Below are positions 24,089 to 36,427 of a DNA stretch of 64,000 nucleotides, piece after piece. The stretch lies in NCBI GenBank assembly GCA_038087875.1, contig CM075996.1:3040001-3104000 (forward strand), written 5' to 3'. A program made the position numbers and the translations under genes. The notes under the pieces were generated by a model. That model worked only from the letters and a program-made list of their open reading frames with translations, was not told the origin of the DNA and did no database searches. Each line of letters opens with the position of its first letter. Positions within the stretch are counted from its first letter, which is position 1. Source of the DNA: Malacoraja senta (lineage: Eukaryota).

Positions 24089-24785
24089 CAGGGCCGGATT
24101 TACGTATAAGCTAGTCAAGCTTAAGCTTAGGGCCTCGAGATCTAGGGGGGCCTACTCACCTCGCTGCCTCACCGACCATCCGCCCACCGGGACCTCCTGC
24201 TCTTTGCCCGCTGACCCTGGCCACTCCACCGCCCTCCAGCAGCCCGCAGCCGTCACCTTACCTGCAGCCTGGACTCAGCACCGGGCCTGAAGTTTCCACA
24301 CGGCAGACCCCAACTCCCCTGGGTTTGACTGCGCTGGGTCCTAGTGCTAGGCATCCCCTAACCCTGGTAACCTCAGTGGCTGTTCCACTGGGTCTTCCCT
24401 ATTCCCCTCAAACCATGTGACCCCAGCTCTTCCCCACCCACACTACAGTCCTCATACCCCCTGACCACCCACCACCCCTCCACCAGACATCGCCTATGCC
24501 TCAGTCCACTCACCTGCCTTCCTCCGGCCCCAACCCCCATCCCTGCCACAGGCCCAACACTCCAGAGCTTCAAACAGCGATCCAGGTAAGGCATCGCGGT
24601 GAATCCAATATGTATTTTACAACCAACTGTTTAATGACAACATACAGTAGGATCTAAAAGTGTCGCACTGTCACTGTCGGGTAGTCATGGTCCTCTAGTC
24701 GTGGGGGTGGGGGACTGGGGGGGGGTAGGGGGGGGCCTCACAAGTGAAATAGCTTATAGCCTCTCTTCATCTAAATCTGGCCCTG
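24089..24785. mobile_element. Non-autonomous hAT-like DNA transposon
   Basis: TIRs cagggccggattta / taaatctggccctg; flanks ctccttaa / ctcctttt (imperfect 8-bp TSD). Confidence 0.65.
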
Positions 24786-26218
24786 CTCCTTTTTAAGCAC
24801 AACTTGTGAAGGATGACTGTGTCTTGCCGTGCGAAATCCCTCCACAGCCACCGAGTGTGACCTTCAGATCGTGCACATGAAATGTTGTGGTGTAATCGCA
24901 GGCCTGAGCACTGAAGCCGCATCCTGACTAAACAAACAACAAAATGTTCCAAAGGAAGAAGGCTGTCAAACCCCCAACAACACCTCCTTTGGCTGAAGGC
25001 CAGACACCTTTGTTCTTCTATCACGCTGCTCCTGACATAGAGGCATAGAGTGGTACAGCGTGGAAACAGGCCCTTCGGCCCCACATGCCCACCCCGACCA
25101 ACATGTCCCAGCCACACTAGTCCCACTTTCCTGTACTTGGCCCATATGCCTCCAAACCCGTACCATCACTGACTGATGCATATAGAACATAGCATGGTAA
25201 TCTATATCTCTCGTTCCCCTTTCCCCTGACTCTCAGTCTGACGAAGTCTAATATACAGAATTTCCCTTTAACGGTTTGTTTATTGCAGCAGGCACTTTAG
25301 CAATTTTCCTTCTTCCCAAATGGTCTTGTAACAAATACACATCATGCGTCTCCGAAATACACAGCAGAGTAAACACAGCCCAATTCCACACCATTACAGG
25401 GAAGAAACATAGAAACATAGAAAATAGGTGCAGGAGTAGGCCATTCGGCCCTTCGACCCTGCACCGCCATTCAATATGATCATGGCTGATCATCCAACTC
25501 AGTATCCTGTACCTGCCTTCTCTCCATACCCCCTGATCCCTTTAGCCACAAGGGCCACATCTAACTCCCTCTTAAATATAGCCAACGAACTGGCCTCAAC
25601 TACTTTCTGTGGCAGAGAATTCCACAGATTCTCCACTCTCTGTGTGAAAAAAAAAATTCTCATCTCGGTCCTAAAAGAATTCCCCCTTATCCTTAAACTG
25701 TGACGCCGTGTTCTGGACTTCCCAGCAAATGTCCCGTTACCCTTTCGACCTTGTTTTATTGTTTTACGATTGCCGTTTGTCCTTTGACAGCAGAGAACAG
25801 GATCTGACTAAAGTATGTAGGAAAAAACTGCAGATGCGGGTTTAAATCGAAGATAGACACAAAATGTTGGAGTAACTCAGCGGGACAGGCAGCATCTCTG
25901 GAGAGAAGGAATGGGTGACGTTTTGGGTCGAGACGCTTCATCAGACTGAAGACGGGTCTCGACCCAAAACGTCACCCATTCCTTCTGACTAAAGTAGACC
26001 GCAGTGAGTGTCGGTTACACCTGCTCAGTTTCAACCTGCTCTATAGCACAGAATTATTCTATCACATGATGAGGACTTTAAGCATTTTTAAGCACTCTAC
26101 CTAGCCCTATCCCTTGCTGCCTTCTTGAAGCTTTGCTATATATTTTTGGCACTACCGAATCGTACTTTTAGTTTGCTATTCTCATATTCTCTCTTCCTTC
26201 TATGTTTGGCTTTCAAAG

Positions 26219-26394
26219 GAAAACATTTCCAATTATGTGTGCCCCAGTAAATGGACTGAAGCAGGGCAGGAGTTGTTCTCTCAATGTGCCTTTCTTCGCT
26301 GCGGCTCAAGTCTTCAACGTCACGCTGCTATGCACCAGGAATGGGCTGACCACTGCAGTTGCAACCATTTCCGAGTTTATACCAGCGGAAAATA
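26219..26394 (+). CDS. IL2RB: IL2RB coding exon 3 (D1 second half, KTFPIMCAPVNGLKQGRSCSLNVPFFAAAQVFNVTLLCTRNGLTTAVATISEFIPAEN)
   Basis: Polypyrimidine tract plus aag acceptor, donor gtaagt, phases 2/1. Three Cys; EFIPAENI resembles mammalian DFKPFENL. Confidence 0.9.
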
Positions 26395-26552
26395 GTAAGT
26401 CAACGCCATCATTTTGCCTCTAGACCTTCGAGGTACAGTGCGGAAACAGGCCCTTCGGCCCGCGGAGTCCATGCCAACCAGCGATCACTGCCACATTCTA
26501 CACCCTCCCAATTGTCAATGGCTCATTCCGGACCTTGATGGCAAGGATATTT

Positions 26553-26890
26553 TGTTGTTTTTTTTTAAAATATTTTTATTAGAAGCATATACATATTATA
26601 ACCAAAACACGATTTGCTTACCAATTACATATATACAAAGCTTCTATTTTTTATTAAACTTTTTTGAATAGATAGAGCTGTAGAAAGAAAAGAAATAAGA
26701 GAAAAAGAAAGGAAACTATACGCTAATAGAGAGGGGAGGGGAAAAAAACCAGAGGTGATTACCGATAACACAATTTTGGAGATAGGTCCGTAGATTATAA
26801 AGTGTAATTACTCATCCAATCCTGGATTCAGGTTTCAGTCCAGCTTCCGTGTTGAACCAATCCACCCCTTTAGAAATTCAATAAATGGAG
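26553..26890 (-). mobile_element. L1-clade LINE 3' end with TSD
   Basis: T-rich tail on the left; ORF2-like end SPFIEFLKG on the minus strand; direct repeat AGGATATTT at 26544-26552 and 26891-26899. Confidence 0.65.
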
Positions 26891-27814
26891 AGGATATTTA
26901 GTTTTTAGTTTAGTTTAGAGATTCAGCACGGAAACTGGCCCCTCGGCCCTCCGAGCCCGCGCCGACCAGCGATCATCCCTTACGCTAGCTCTATCCCTAC
27001 ACACACTAGGGATAGTTTACAATTTACAGAAACCAGTCATCCTGCAAGCCTACACGTTTTCGGAGTTTGGGAGGAAACCGGAGCACCCGGAGAAAACCCA
27101 CGCGGTCACAGAGAGAGAAGGTGCAAACATCATGCAGGCAGCAGCCGAGGTCAGGATCGAACCTTTTTCAGATGGGTTTTTGGCGCTGTGAGGCAGCAAC
27201 TCTCCCGCTGCGCCACCATGCCACTCCCATTCCAGGATTTAGACACACTAGGATTTTCTAAGTCGCTTTTAAAAATGCATATGTTTTCTTGGTGCTTGGA
27301 TTGTTACAGAACTTCAACAGTGAATTTTCAAACTCTTCTCACAAGTTCTACCTGAACTGAGGCTGAAAGTAGATGTCACTGTGTTATGAAGCTGACTTTA
27401 GTTGAGTCTGGTGAAGGGTCCCCACCCGAAATGTTACCCATTCCTTCTCTCCAGAGATGCTGCCTGTCCCGCTGAGTTACTCCAGCATTTTGTGTCTATC
27501 CTCAGTGTAAACCAGCATCTGCAGTTCCTTCCTATGCAATACTACAAATGCGGCCTTACCAGCGTCTTCCACCAACAGGAACGTAACACTTACATGGGTT
27601 CAAGGCTCAGTCCAGGGGTCTTGAGTACAAAAGTTGTTGAGCTTTATAATTGAAAGAGTTTTATTATCCTCCTTTTTATTAATAGTGAAGTGTCAAGAGT
27701 GTTATTGTCATTTATCCCAGACAGAACAATGACATTCATATTTACAGCAGTACAACAGAATATGTAAACATGGTACTCTATAAACATTATAATAAACGAG
27801 AGAAAATTAACTGT

Positions 27815-27817
27815 ATG

Positions 27818-27849
<32 letters not shown>

Positions 27850-27940
27850 TAGGAACACATACAAAACAGACAATAATAGTGCAATAATAACAATAATATT
27901 CTATGTTGTGTACACACACACACACACATACACATATATA

Positions 27941-27973
<33 letters not shown>

Positions 27974-28000
27974 GCATACACATACACATACACATATATA

Positions 28001-28047
<47 letters not shown>

Positions 28048-28054
28048 ATATATA

Positions 28055-28096
<42 letters not shown>

Positions 28097-28120
28097 TACA
28101 CATACACATACACATATATA

Positions 28121-28152
<32 letters not shown>

Positions 28153-28503
28153 TACACATACACATATATACACACATACACACACACACACACACATATA
28201 TACACACATACACACACACACACATGCACATACACATACACATATATACACACATACACACACACATGCACACACACACACATACACACACACACACAGA
28301 GACACATATATATACACATACACACACACAAACACACACACATACACACACACACACACATACACACACATACATACATACATACACACACACATACACA
28401 CACACACATACACACACACATACACACACACACATACACACACATAAATACATATGCACATATACACGCACACACACGCGTGCATGCACACACACGTACA
28501 CAT
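27815..28503. repeat. Compound (CA)n/(TA) microsatellite
   Basis: Direct reading. Confidence 0.97.
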
Positions 28504-29648
28504 AAAAAACAAACAGGCAATAATAGTGCAATAATAACAGTAATAGTCCCATGTATTTCAGAGCTTACTAGAGGTTGTTGTGTTTAATAGCCTGATGGCT
28601 GTTGGGAAGGGAAGGCCCCATTTGCCTGGATCTGTGAAGGGTGGAGGCCAACTAGTCAATGTTTACAACTTAAAACCCTTTTGAAAGTCTAATAAGCGTT
28701 GTTTAACGTTTTATTGCTGGTGTGGGTGAAAAGCCCCAGTTTTGCGACTGGCATGCATGGTTCTAACTGTATCTCAGCCACCACCTGCAGCCGGGGGAAC
28801 TCACTTCCTTGTTTTTACACCCAGCCGACCTGTGTAATTAAAGAATAGAAACACTTCTGGCATTTCATGACCTTTTCTTTTCTATCTATCGTTTCTATCG
28901 GTGAACTTTTAAAGAGCAAACTGCACCAATCCCACATATCCGCCTGTTCTAAACCGAAGATAGACACATAAAAGCTGGAGTAACTCAGCGGGCCAGGCAG
29001 CATCGCTGGAGAAAAGGAAATAGGTGACATTTCGGGTCGAGACCTTCCTCAGACTCAGAGTCTGGGGAAAGGGAAACGGTGATATAGAGAGATATAGAAC
29101 AAATGAATTCATGATTGCCCAGTGATCCAGTGCCCTTTGCTCCCATTGATCATTGGATGCCAGTGCCCACTGGTCCCCGTGTTCAGTAGGTGCCAGTGTA
29201 CAGTGGGTGAGAGATCCAGTGGTCCCAGTGCCCAATGGCCCAGGACCAAATGGTCCCAGTGCCCAGCGACCCCAGTCCTCATTGGATGCCAGTGCCCACT
29301 GTTACAAGTGTTCAGCAGGTACAGTGTCCAGTGGGTGCCAGATCCAGTGGTCCCAGTGCAGAGTGATCCCAGTGAATCCAGTGTTCAGGAAGTGCCAGTG
29401 TCCAGTGCGTTCTAGTGCTCAACGGTTCTCAGTGCCCTGCAGGGACTGGCAAACTAAGTCAGAAGCTCCGGATTTAATAACTTCTCCACCTGCACCCAGA
29501 GCAACGATTGGCACACCTAGCTCCTGCTCACCTCTTCCCTGTTATCCGAGGGAATGCTGCTCTGTCTGACGTCCCATCTTTCAGATGTGATGTTAAACCA
29601 ATGCTCCGTGCTCACTCCGGCAACTAGGCAGTAAGATTGGTGGAGTAA

Positions 29649-29947
29649 AGGGCCTGTCCCACTTACGCGACCTATACAGGCGACTGCTGGCACCCGTGAT
29701 AGGTCGCCGAAATGTTCAACATGTTGAGAATTCAGCGGCGACCAGAAAGACACAACGACTCTTTGGAGACCTCTCACGACCATATAGGCTGTGTGGTCGT
29801 GAGAGGTCTCCTATGGTCGTAAGAGGTCTCCAAAGAGTTGTAGCGTCTTTCTCGTCACCGCTGAATTTTCAACATGTTGAACATTTCAGCGACCTATCAC
29901 GGGTGCCGGCAGTCGCCTGTAAAGGTCGCGTAAGTGGGACAGGCCCT
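29649..29947. mobile_element. Palindromic MITE, PIF/Harbinger-like
   Basis: Almost wholly self-complementary; TIR agggcctgtcccactt; flanked by TAA/TTA. Confidence 0.8.
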
Positions 29948-30037
29948 TTACAGACAGTGAGGAAGGCTGCAAATGTATACAGCGGGATATCGGTCACCTC
30001 TAGAAATGAGCGGGGAAACAACTAATGGAGTTTAATC

Positions 30038-30480
30038 AGAGAATGGAGCGGCTGGGCATGTACACTCTGGAGTTTAGAAGGATGAGAGGGGATCTCATTG
30101 AAACATATAAGATAGTTAAGGGCTTGGACGCGCTAGAGGCAGGAAACATGTTCCCGATGTTGGGGGAGTCCAGAACCAGGGGCCACAGTTTAAGAATAAG
30201 GAGTAAGCCATTTAGAACGGAGACGAGGAAACACTTTTTCTCACAGAGAGTGGTGAGTCTGTGGAATTCTCTGCCTCAGAGGGCGGTGGAGGCAGGTTGT
30301 CTGGATGCTTTCAAGAGAGAGCTAGATAGGGCTCTTAAAGATAGCGGAGTCAGGGGATATGGGGAGAAGGCAGGAAAGGGGTACTGATTGGGGATGATCA
30401 GCCATGATCACATTGAATGGCGGAGCTGGCTCGAAGGGCCGAATGGCCTACTCCTGCACCTATTGTCTATTGTCTATTGT
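30038..30480 (+). mobile_element. CR1 LINE 3' fragment
   Basis: ERLGMYTLEFRRMRGDLIETYK...YGEKAGKGY stop, conserved 3' UTR, (CTATTGT)n tail. Confidence 0.92.
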
Positions 30481-30865
30481 ACACGTGCAAGGTGTTGCAA
30501 TTCATTCGGTCTCCTTTGGACTTTGGAGATACGGCGCAGAAACAGGCCTTTCAGCCCAATCGAGTCCCTGCCGACCAGCGATCCCCGTACACTAGCACAA
30601 TCCTACACACACTAGGGCCAATTTAGAATTTGACCAAAGCCAATTAACCCAAGAACCTGCACGTCTTTGGAGTGCGGGAGGAAACCGGAGCACCCAGAGA
30701 AAACCCACGCAGGTCACGGGGAGAAAGTACAAACTCCGTACGGCCAGTTCCCCGAGGTCGGGGTCGAACGCGAGTCTCTGGCGCTGTGAGGCAGCAACTC
30801 CACCGCTGGGCCGCCAACCCTGCTGCTGCCCCTCTCTTATTGACGTTTCTTGTTCTTGCTCACAG

Positions 30866-31011
30866 TTCAGCTCCAGCCACCGCGTAACTTGACTGTGATG
30901 AACAACACCGACACGATGACAGTACTCTCCTGGCAGGCTGACTACGATGAACGTCTAGCTGACCACGTCGAATTTGAGATTCGGTACAAACTTGAGAATG
31001 AGCAATGGAAG
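30866..31011 (+). CDS. IL2RB: IL2RB coding exon 4 (D2 first half, (I)QLQPPRNLTVMNNTDTMTVLSWQADYDERLADHVEFEIRYKLENEQWK)
   Basis: Acceptor ctcacag, donor gtacgt, phases 1/0. PPxNL...LSW...EFEIRY FNIII signature. Confidence 0.93.
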
Positions 31012-31987
31012 GTACGTCCGGCTTCTGCTCCACACCCGTGTTCCCCTGTGAACAACTCGGACGCAAACGCAGAATGGGTGGGCATGCAAGTTTGCAAACA
31101 ACACCAAAACTAGTGGGTTGGCCGTGAGCAAGAATGTCAAAGGGTACAGAAGGATATACTGTAGATTAACTACAGAATAGGGCTGAGAAATGGCAGGAGG
31201 GGTTCAATCTGCTTTTTTTAGTTTCGAGAAACAGCGCGGAAACAGACCCATTGAGTCTTGGTTCTTTCGTTTCTTGGTCCTCCAAAATATTCCAAATGGA
31301 ATTTAAACTGGAGGTGGTGGAGGGAGGACTTAAGCCAGAAAGGGTTTTTTGGGAAGAAAGAGCTACCTTAAATTTAAGGTACACAAAAATGCTGGAGAAA
31401 CTCAGCGGGTGCAGCAGCATCTATGGAGCGAAGGAAATAGGCAACGTTTCGGGCCGAAACCCTTCTAGTTTTAAGCTACCTTAAATTTAGTTGCATCTGG
31501 TTGGGTAACTATAGTAGGGTGGAGATTATTCCATGCTTTAATTGTGCGGGGGAAGTATGAATTGCTGTACACATCTGTCTTGGTAGCTGCAATCACAAAT
31601 TGGATCGAATGCCCTCGTCTGCTCCTAATTGGTTTGGGTTTGGTGTAGGTCTTGTAATCTATGTCGGGTCCACGGCGACCAGCGATCCCCGCACACTAAC
31701 ACTATCCTACACACACTAGGGACAGTTTTACAAGCCAATTAACCTACAAACCTCTACGGCGCAGGCTCGAAGGGCCCAACGGCCTCCTCCTGCACCTATT
31801 TTCTATGTTTGGAGTGTGGGAGGAAACCGGCGATCTCTGAGAAAACCCACGCAGGTCACGGGGAGAAACTACAAACTCCGTACAGACAGCGCCCGTAGTC
31901 AGGATCGAAGCTGGGTCTCTGGCGCTGTGAGGCAGCAACTCTACCCGCTTCGCCACCGTGGCCCCCTCTATCAGAGCAAGTGTACAC

Positions 31988-32400
31988 GGGCTTGTACACT
32001 CTGGAGTTTAGAAGGATGAGAGGGGATCTTATTGAAACATATAAGATTGTTAAAGGTTTGGACACGCTAGAGGCAGGAAACATGTTCCTGATTTTGGGGG
32101 AGTCCAGAGCCAGGGGCCACAGTTTAAGGGGTAAGCCATTTAGAACGGAGACGAGGAAACACTTTGTCTCACAGAGAGTGGTGAGTCTGTTGAATTCTCT
32201 GCCTCAGAGGGCGGTGGAGGCAGGTTCTCTGGATGCTTTCAAGAGAGAGCTAGATAGGGCTCTTAAAGATAGCGGAGTCAGGGGATATGGGGAGAAGGCA
32301 GGAACGGGGTACTGATTGGGGATGATCAGCCATGATCACATTGAATGGCGGTGCTGGCTCGAAGGGCCAAATGACCTACTCCTGCACCTATTGTCTATTG
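31988..32400 (+). mobile_element. CR1 LINE 3' fragment
   Basis: Same ORF2 C-terminus and tail. Confidence 0.9.
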
Positions 32401-32488
32401 TCTCTAAACTAACAAATAAAACTACCCACTCTGGCAGCTCGATCTGTATACCCACCAGCCTCTGACCTGTCAATCGTTCCGATTCCAG

Positions 32489-32684
32489 ACTTCTCAGACA
32501 CATCAGGTTCAGCAAAAGGAACACACGCTACGGATTGACTCGACCAATGTAAAACGTGACGCCATCTATACAGCACAAATGCGTGCAATAATTAACGACA
32601 ATCAGGATGACTTCTACAGAGGCACTTGGAGCAAATGGAGCAAAGTGGCGAAATGGAAAACCAAGAAATCCAAAGCTTCTGCTG
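32489..32684 (+). CDS. IL2RB: IL2RB coding exon 5 (D2 second half, with WSXWS = WSKWS at 32627-32641)
   Basis: Acceptor ttccag, donor gtaaag, phases 0/1. Reads TSQTHQVQQKEHTLRIDSTNVKRDAIYTAQMRAIINDNQDDFYRGTWSKWSKVAKWKTKKSKASA. Not in the supplied ORF track. Confidence 0.95.
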
Positions 32685-32799
32685 GTAAAGTATTTTGTTT
32701 ATCTTATAGGCTTGCAGGTTAATTGTCTTGGTATAAATGTAAATTGTCCCTAGTGTTAATGTGCGAGGATCGTTGGTCGGTGTGGACTCGGTGGGCCGA

Positions 32800-33635
32800 A
32801 TGGCGTCAAGTTGGGAAAAGGGGAAGTACAACGGGATCTGGGGGTCCTTGTACATCAGTCTATGAAAGTAAGCATGCAGGTACAGCAGGAAGTGAAGAAA
32901 GCGAATGGCATGTTGGCCTTTATAACAAGAGGAATCGAATATAGGAGCAAAGAGGTCCTTCTGCAGTTGTACAGAGCCCTAGTGAGACCACACCTGGAGT
33001 ACACAAAAATGCTGGAGAAACTCAGCGGGTGCAGCAGCATCTATGGAGCGAAGGAAATAGGCAACGTTTCGGGACGAAACCCTGGAGTATTGTGTGCAGT
33101 TTTGGTCCCCTAATTTGAGGAAGGACATTCTTGCTATTGAGGGAGTGCAGCGTAGGTTTACAAGGTTCATTCCCGGGATGGAGGGACTGTCATATGCTGA
33201 GAGAATGGAGCGGCTGGGCTTGTACACTCTGGAGTTTAGAAGGTTGAGAGGGAATCTCATTGAAACATATAAGATTGTTAAGGGTTTGGACACGCTAGAG
33301 GCAGGAAACATGTTCCCAAAGTTGGGGGAGTCCAGAACCAGGGGCCACAGTTTAAGAATAAGGAGTAAGCCATTTAGAACGGAGACGAGGAAACACTTTT
33401 TCTCACAGAGAGTGGTGAGTCTGTGGAATTCTCTGCCTCAGAGAGCGGTGGAGGCAGGTTCTCTGGATGCTTTCAAGAGGGAGCTAGATGGGGCTCTTAA
33501 AAATAGCGGAGTCATGGGATATGGGGAGAAGGCGGGAACGGGTTACTGATTGGGGATGATCAGCCATGATCACATTGAATGGCGGTGCTGGCTCGAAGGG
33601 CCAAATGGCCTACTCCTGCACCTATTGTCTATCGT
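32800..33635 (+). mobile_element. CR1 LINE 3' fragment with nested Penelope-like end (about 33002-33081)
   Basis: QRDLGVLVHQ...LYRALVRPHLEY, interrupted by an insert flanked by cctggagta repeats. Confidence 0.9.
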
Positions 33636-34145
33636 CCCTAGTGTGTGTAGGGTAGTGTTAATGTGCGGGGATTGCTGGTCGGTGTGGACTCGGTGGGCCG
33701 AAGGGCCAGTTTCCGTGCTGAATCTCTGAACGAAACTGAACCAAACTAAAATATCCCAGGAATGATTGGGTTAACATATGAGCTTTAGCTCAGTTTATTG
33801 TGACGTGTACCGAGATATGGGGAAAAGATTTTGGTCGCCTGCTAACCAGTCAGTGGAAAGATCCCTACATCTTCCGCGCTGGTCTGTGGAGCGATCACAC
33901 TCAGCGTGTGCCGCCAGGAGTGTAGCGGCACTAATCCTAGTGCGACACGGACCGCCAGCTCACCACAAACACCGCATTAGCACGTCCAAGTTGACAAGTC
34001 ACCTTCGGCAACATTTACAGTCCAAACCAGGGGCGCAGCGGGTAGAGTTGCTGCCTTACAGCGCTGATAGACCCAGGTTCAATCCCGACTACGGGTGCTG
34101 TCTGTACGGAGTTTGTACCTTCTCCCCGTGACCTGCGTGGGTTTT

Positions 34146-34492
34146 TTTTTTTTTTTTTTTTTAATTGTAATTTTTTATTAGAAATATCTACATATCATAG
34201 TCCAACCCATTACAGACTTTGTATAACGATTACATATTAAGTATCCAGGGTTTCCGCGTACCCAGTTACCAAAGTAGCTGGGGTCCTCCTTTTTCGGTTA
34301 CATATTAACGTTGCCTCTAATTATTTATTTATATTTATAGATGATAAAAATAAAGAAATAAAGAAAATAAATTAGAAAATTAAGATAAACTATCAATAAT
34401 ACAACTTGGGAGAAAGGTCCATAGGTCAGAAAACGTAACTAATCATCCAGTCCTGGGTTCAGGTTTCAGTCAGGCCTCCTCGCCAGCCCAGT
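34146..34492 (-). mobile_element. L1-type 3' end inserted in an HE1 SINE
   Basis: Poly(T) on the left; 13-bp TSD CTGCGTGGGTTTT at 34133-34145 and 34493-34505. Confidence 0.8.
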
Positions 34493-35453
34493 CTGCGTGG
34501 GTTTTAGAAGAATGCCATTTATTGTCATTTAACACCAAGTGTCGTTTTCCTCCCACACTCCAAAGATACTAATTGGCTTGGTATAATTTTAAAGTGAGCT
34601 GAGTGTGTATAAGATAGTGTTAGTGTGCGGGGCTCGCCAGTCGGCGCGGACTCGGAGGGCCGAAGGGCCTGTTTCCCGCGCTATATCTCTCAACTAAGCT
34701 AAACTAAGCTAAAGGCAACTCAAGTTCACCTTTGACAACATTTACAATCCAAAAACAGATGGGGTGGCAGGCAGCGGCGCAGCAGGTGGAGCTGCTGCCC
34801 CGCAGCGCCAGAGACCCAGGGTTCGATCCTGACCTCGGGTGCTGTCCGTGCGTGGAGTTTGCACCATCTCCCCCCGTGACCGCGTGGGCTTTCCTCCTGG
34901 TGCTCCGGTTTCCTCCCACACCCCAAAGACGTGCGGCTCTGGAGGTTAATTGGGCCCTCTGGAAATTACCCCTCGTATGTAGGGAGTGGATGAGAAAGTG
35001 GGATAACATGGAACTAGTGCGTACAGGTTTACATCGAAGATTGACACAAAATGCTGGAGTAACTCAGCGGGACAGGCAGCAATTCTGGATCGAGAGATGC
35101 TGTCCCGTCCCGCTGAGTTACTCCAGCATTTTGTGTTTAACTTGTGCAAATAAGTGATCAATGGACGGCATGAACCAATGGTGGGCCGAAGGGCCTGTTT
35201 CCATCCTATATCTTTCACTAAGTCAATACTCTTTTTTTTTTTTGCATTGATATTTGACATTGGTTTAGATGGGGCATCTTGGCCAGCATGGACCAATTGG
35301 GCCGAAGGGCCTGTTTCCATGCTGTGTGTGACTATCTCCTTAGATAAGTGTATTAGCTGTACTTTGCACTTGTAATAAATGTAAAACTTTGTTTAAAAAA
35401 TGAACAACAAGCCTCTTCACTGAACTGAACTTTTCTCCCGCTTTTGTTCCCAG

Positions 35454-35550
35454 ATCCACAGGAAAATACTGTCTTATCGATCTCTCTCTCATTGGGTGGG
35501 ATCCTGTTAGTGGTTGCCTTTCTGGTCCTTATGCAGTTCACAACGAAGAG
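35454..35550 (+). CDS. IL2RB: IL2RB coding exon 6 (transmembrane, (D)PQENTVLSISLSLGGILLVVAFLVLMQFTTK(R))
   Basis: Acceptor ttcccag, donor gtaaga, phases 1/2. About 21 hydrophobic residues followed by basic residues. Confidence 0.92.
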
Positions 35551-35948
35551 GTAAGATGATTCTAGAACATTCCAGGTCAGCTCGGGCAGACTATAAATTA
35601 GTTGAAGATGTTTTGACGCTGAGATTTCCTGTTTGCTTCCAGTCTCAATACCTCCACCCCCCCGACAATCTCCCCGCAGTGCTATAGTTGTGTTTAGAGT
35701 CATAGAGTCGAGGTGTGATAGAGGTCATAGCCTCAGAATTAAAGGACGTTCTTTTAGGAAGGAGATGAGGAGGAATTTCTTTAATCTGTGGAATTCTTTG
35801 GATGATCAGCCATGATGACATTGAATGGCGGTGCTGGCTCGAGGGGTCGAATGGCCTGCTCCTGCATCTATTTTCTATGTTTCTTTGTTTCCATGTTTTT
35901 TACACCTTACCCTTCCATATCTCTCGTTTCCCTCTCCCCTGACTCAGT

Positions 35949-35976
35949 CTGACGAAGGGTCTCGACCCGAAACGTC
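35949..35976 (+). ncRNA. Minimal hammerhead ribozyme-like core, sense to IL2RB pre-mRNA
   Basis: CTGACGA-a-GGGTC-tc-GACCC-GAAACGTC, in the intron between the TM and Box1 exons. Confidence 0.55.
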
Positions 35977-36020
35977 ACCCATTCTTTCTCTCCAGAGATG
36001 CTGCCCGTCCCGCTGAGTTA

Positions 36021-36246
36021 AGGGCCTGTCATTTGCGCGTAATTTACGCGACATCATTTACACATCACGATGCACGCGTCGTGACATGCGCGTGATGCGC
36101 GCATGATGCGCATTACGCGCGCATGGTGCGTGATGACATAGGCAGTGACGCGCGACCGCGCGCGGCGTCGCTGGATTTTGTGATGTACAAAATCTTCGCG
36201 CGCCATCTGCGTGACGCGCAAATGACGGCCAAGTGGGACAGGCCCT
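36021..36246. mobile_element. CpG-rich MITE with the same TIR family as 29649-29947
   Basis: agggcctgtc ... aagtgggacaggccct with TTA/TAA flanks; interrupts a Penelope-like end. Confidence 0.75.
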
Positions 36247-36336
36247 TAACTCTGGCTTTTTGTGTCTATACCTCTTTCTCTCTCTGTTGCTCATCTCCTT
36301 CGCCCAGTTGTTCTAACGAGGTTTGATTGTCCTTAG

Positions 36337-36427
36337 ATCCCGACTGAAGGCACTCTACGGGCTCCCCATTCCAGATCCAAGCAAATTCTTTTATGAGCTG
36401 AACTCGACCTACGGAGGCAACTTTCAG
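36337..36427 (+). CDS. IL2RB: IL2RB coding exon 7 (Box1, (R)SRLKALYGLPIPDPSKFFYELNSTYGGNFQ)
   Basis: Acceptor ccttag, donor gtaagt, phases 2/0. PDPSKFF..L....GG..Q matches the IL2RB JAK1-binding Box1 region. Confidence 0.95.
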
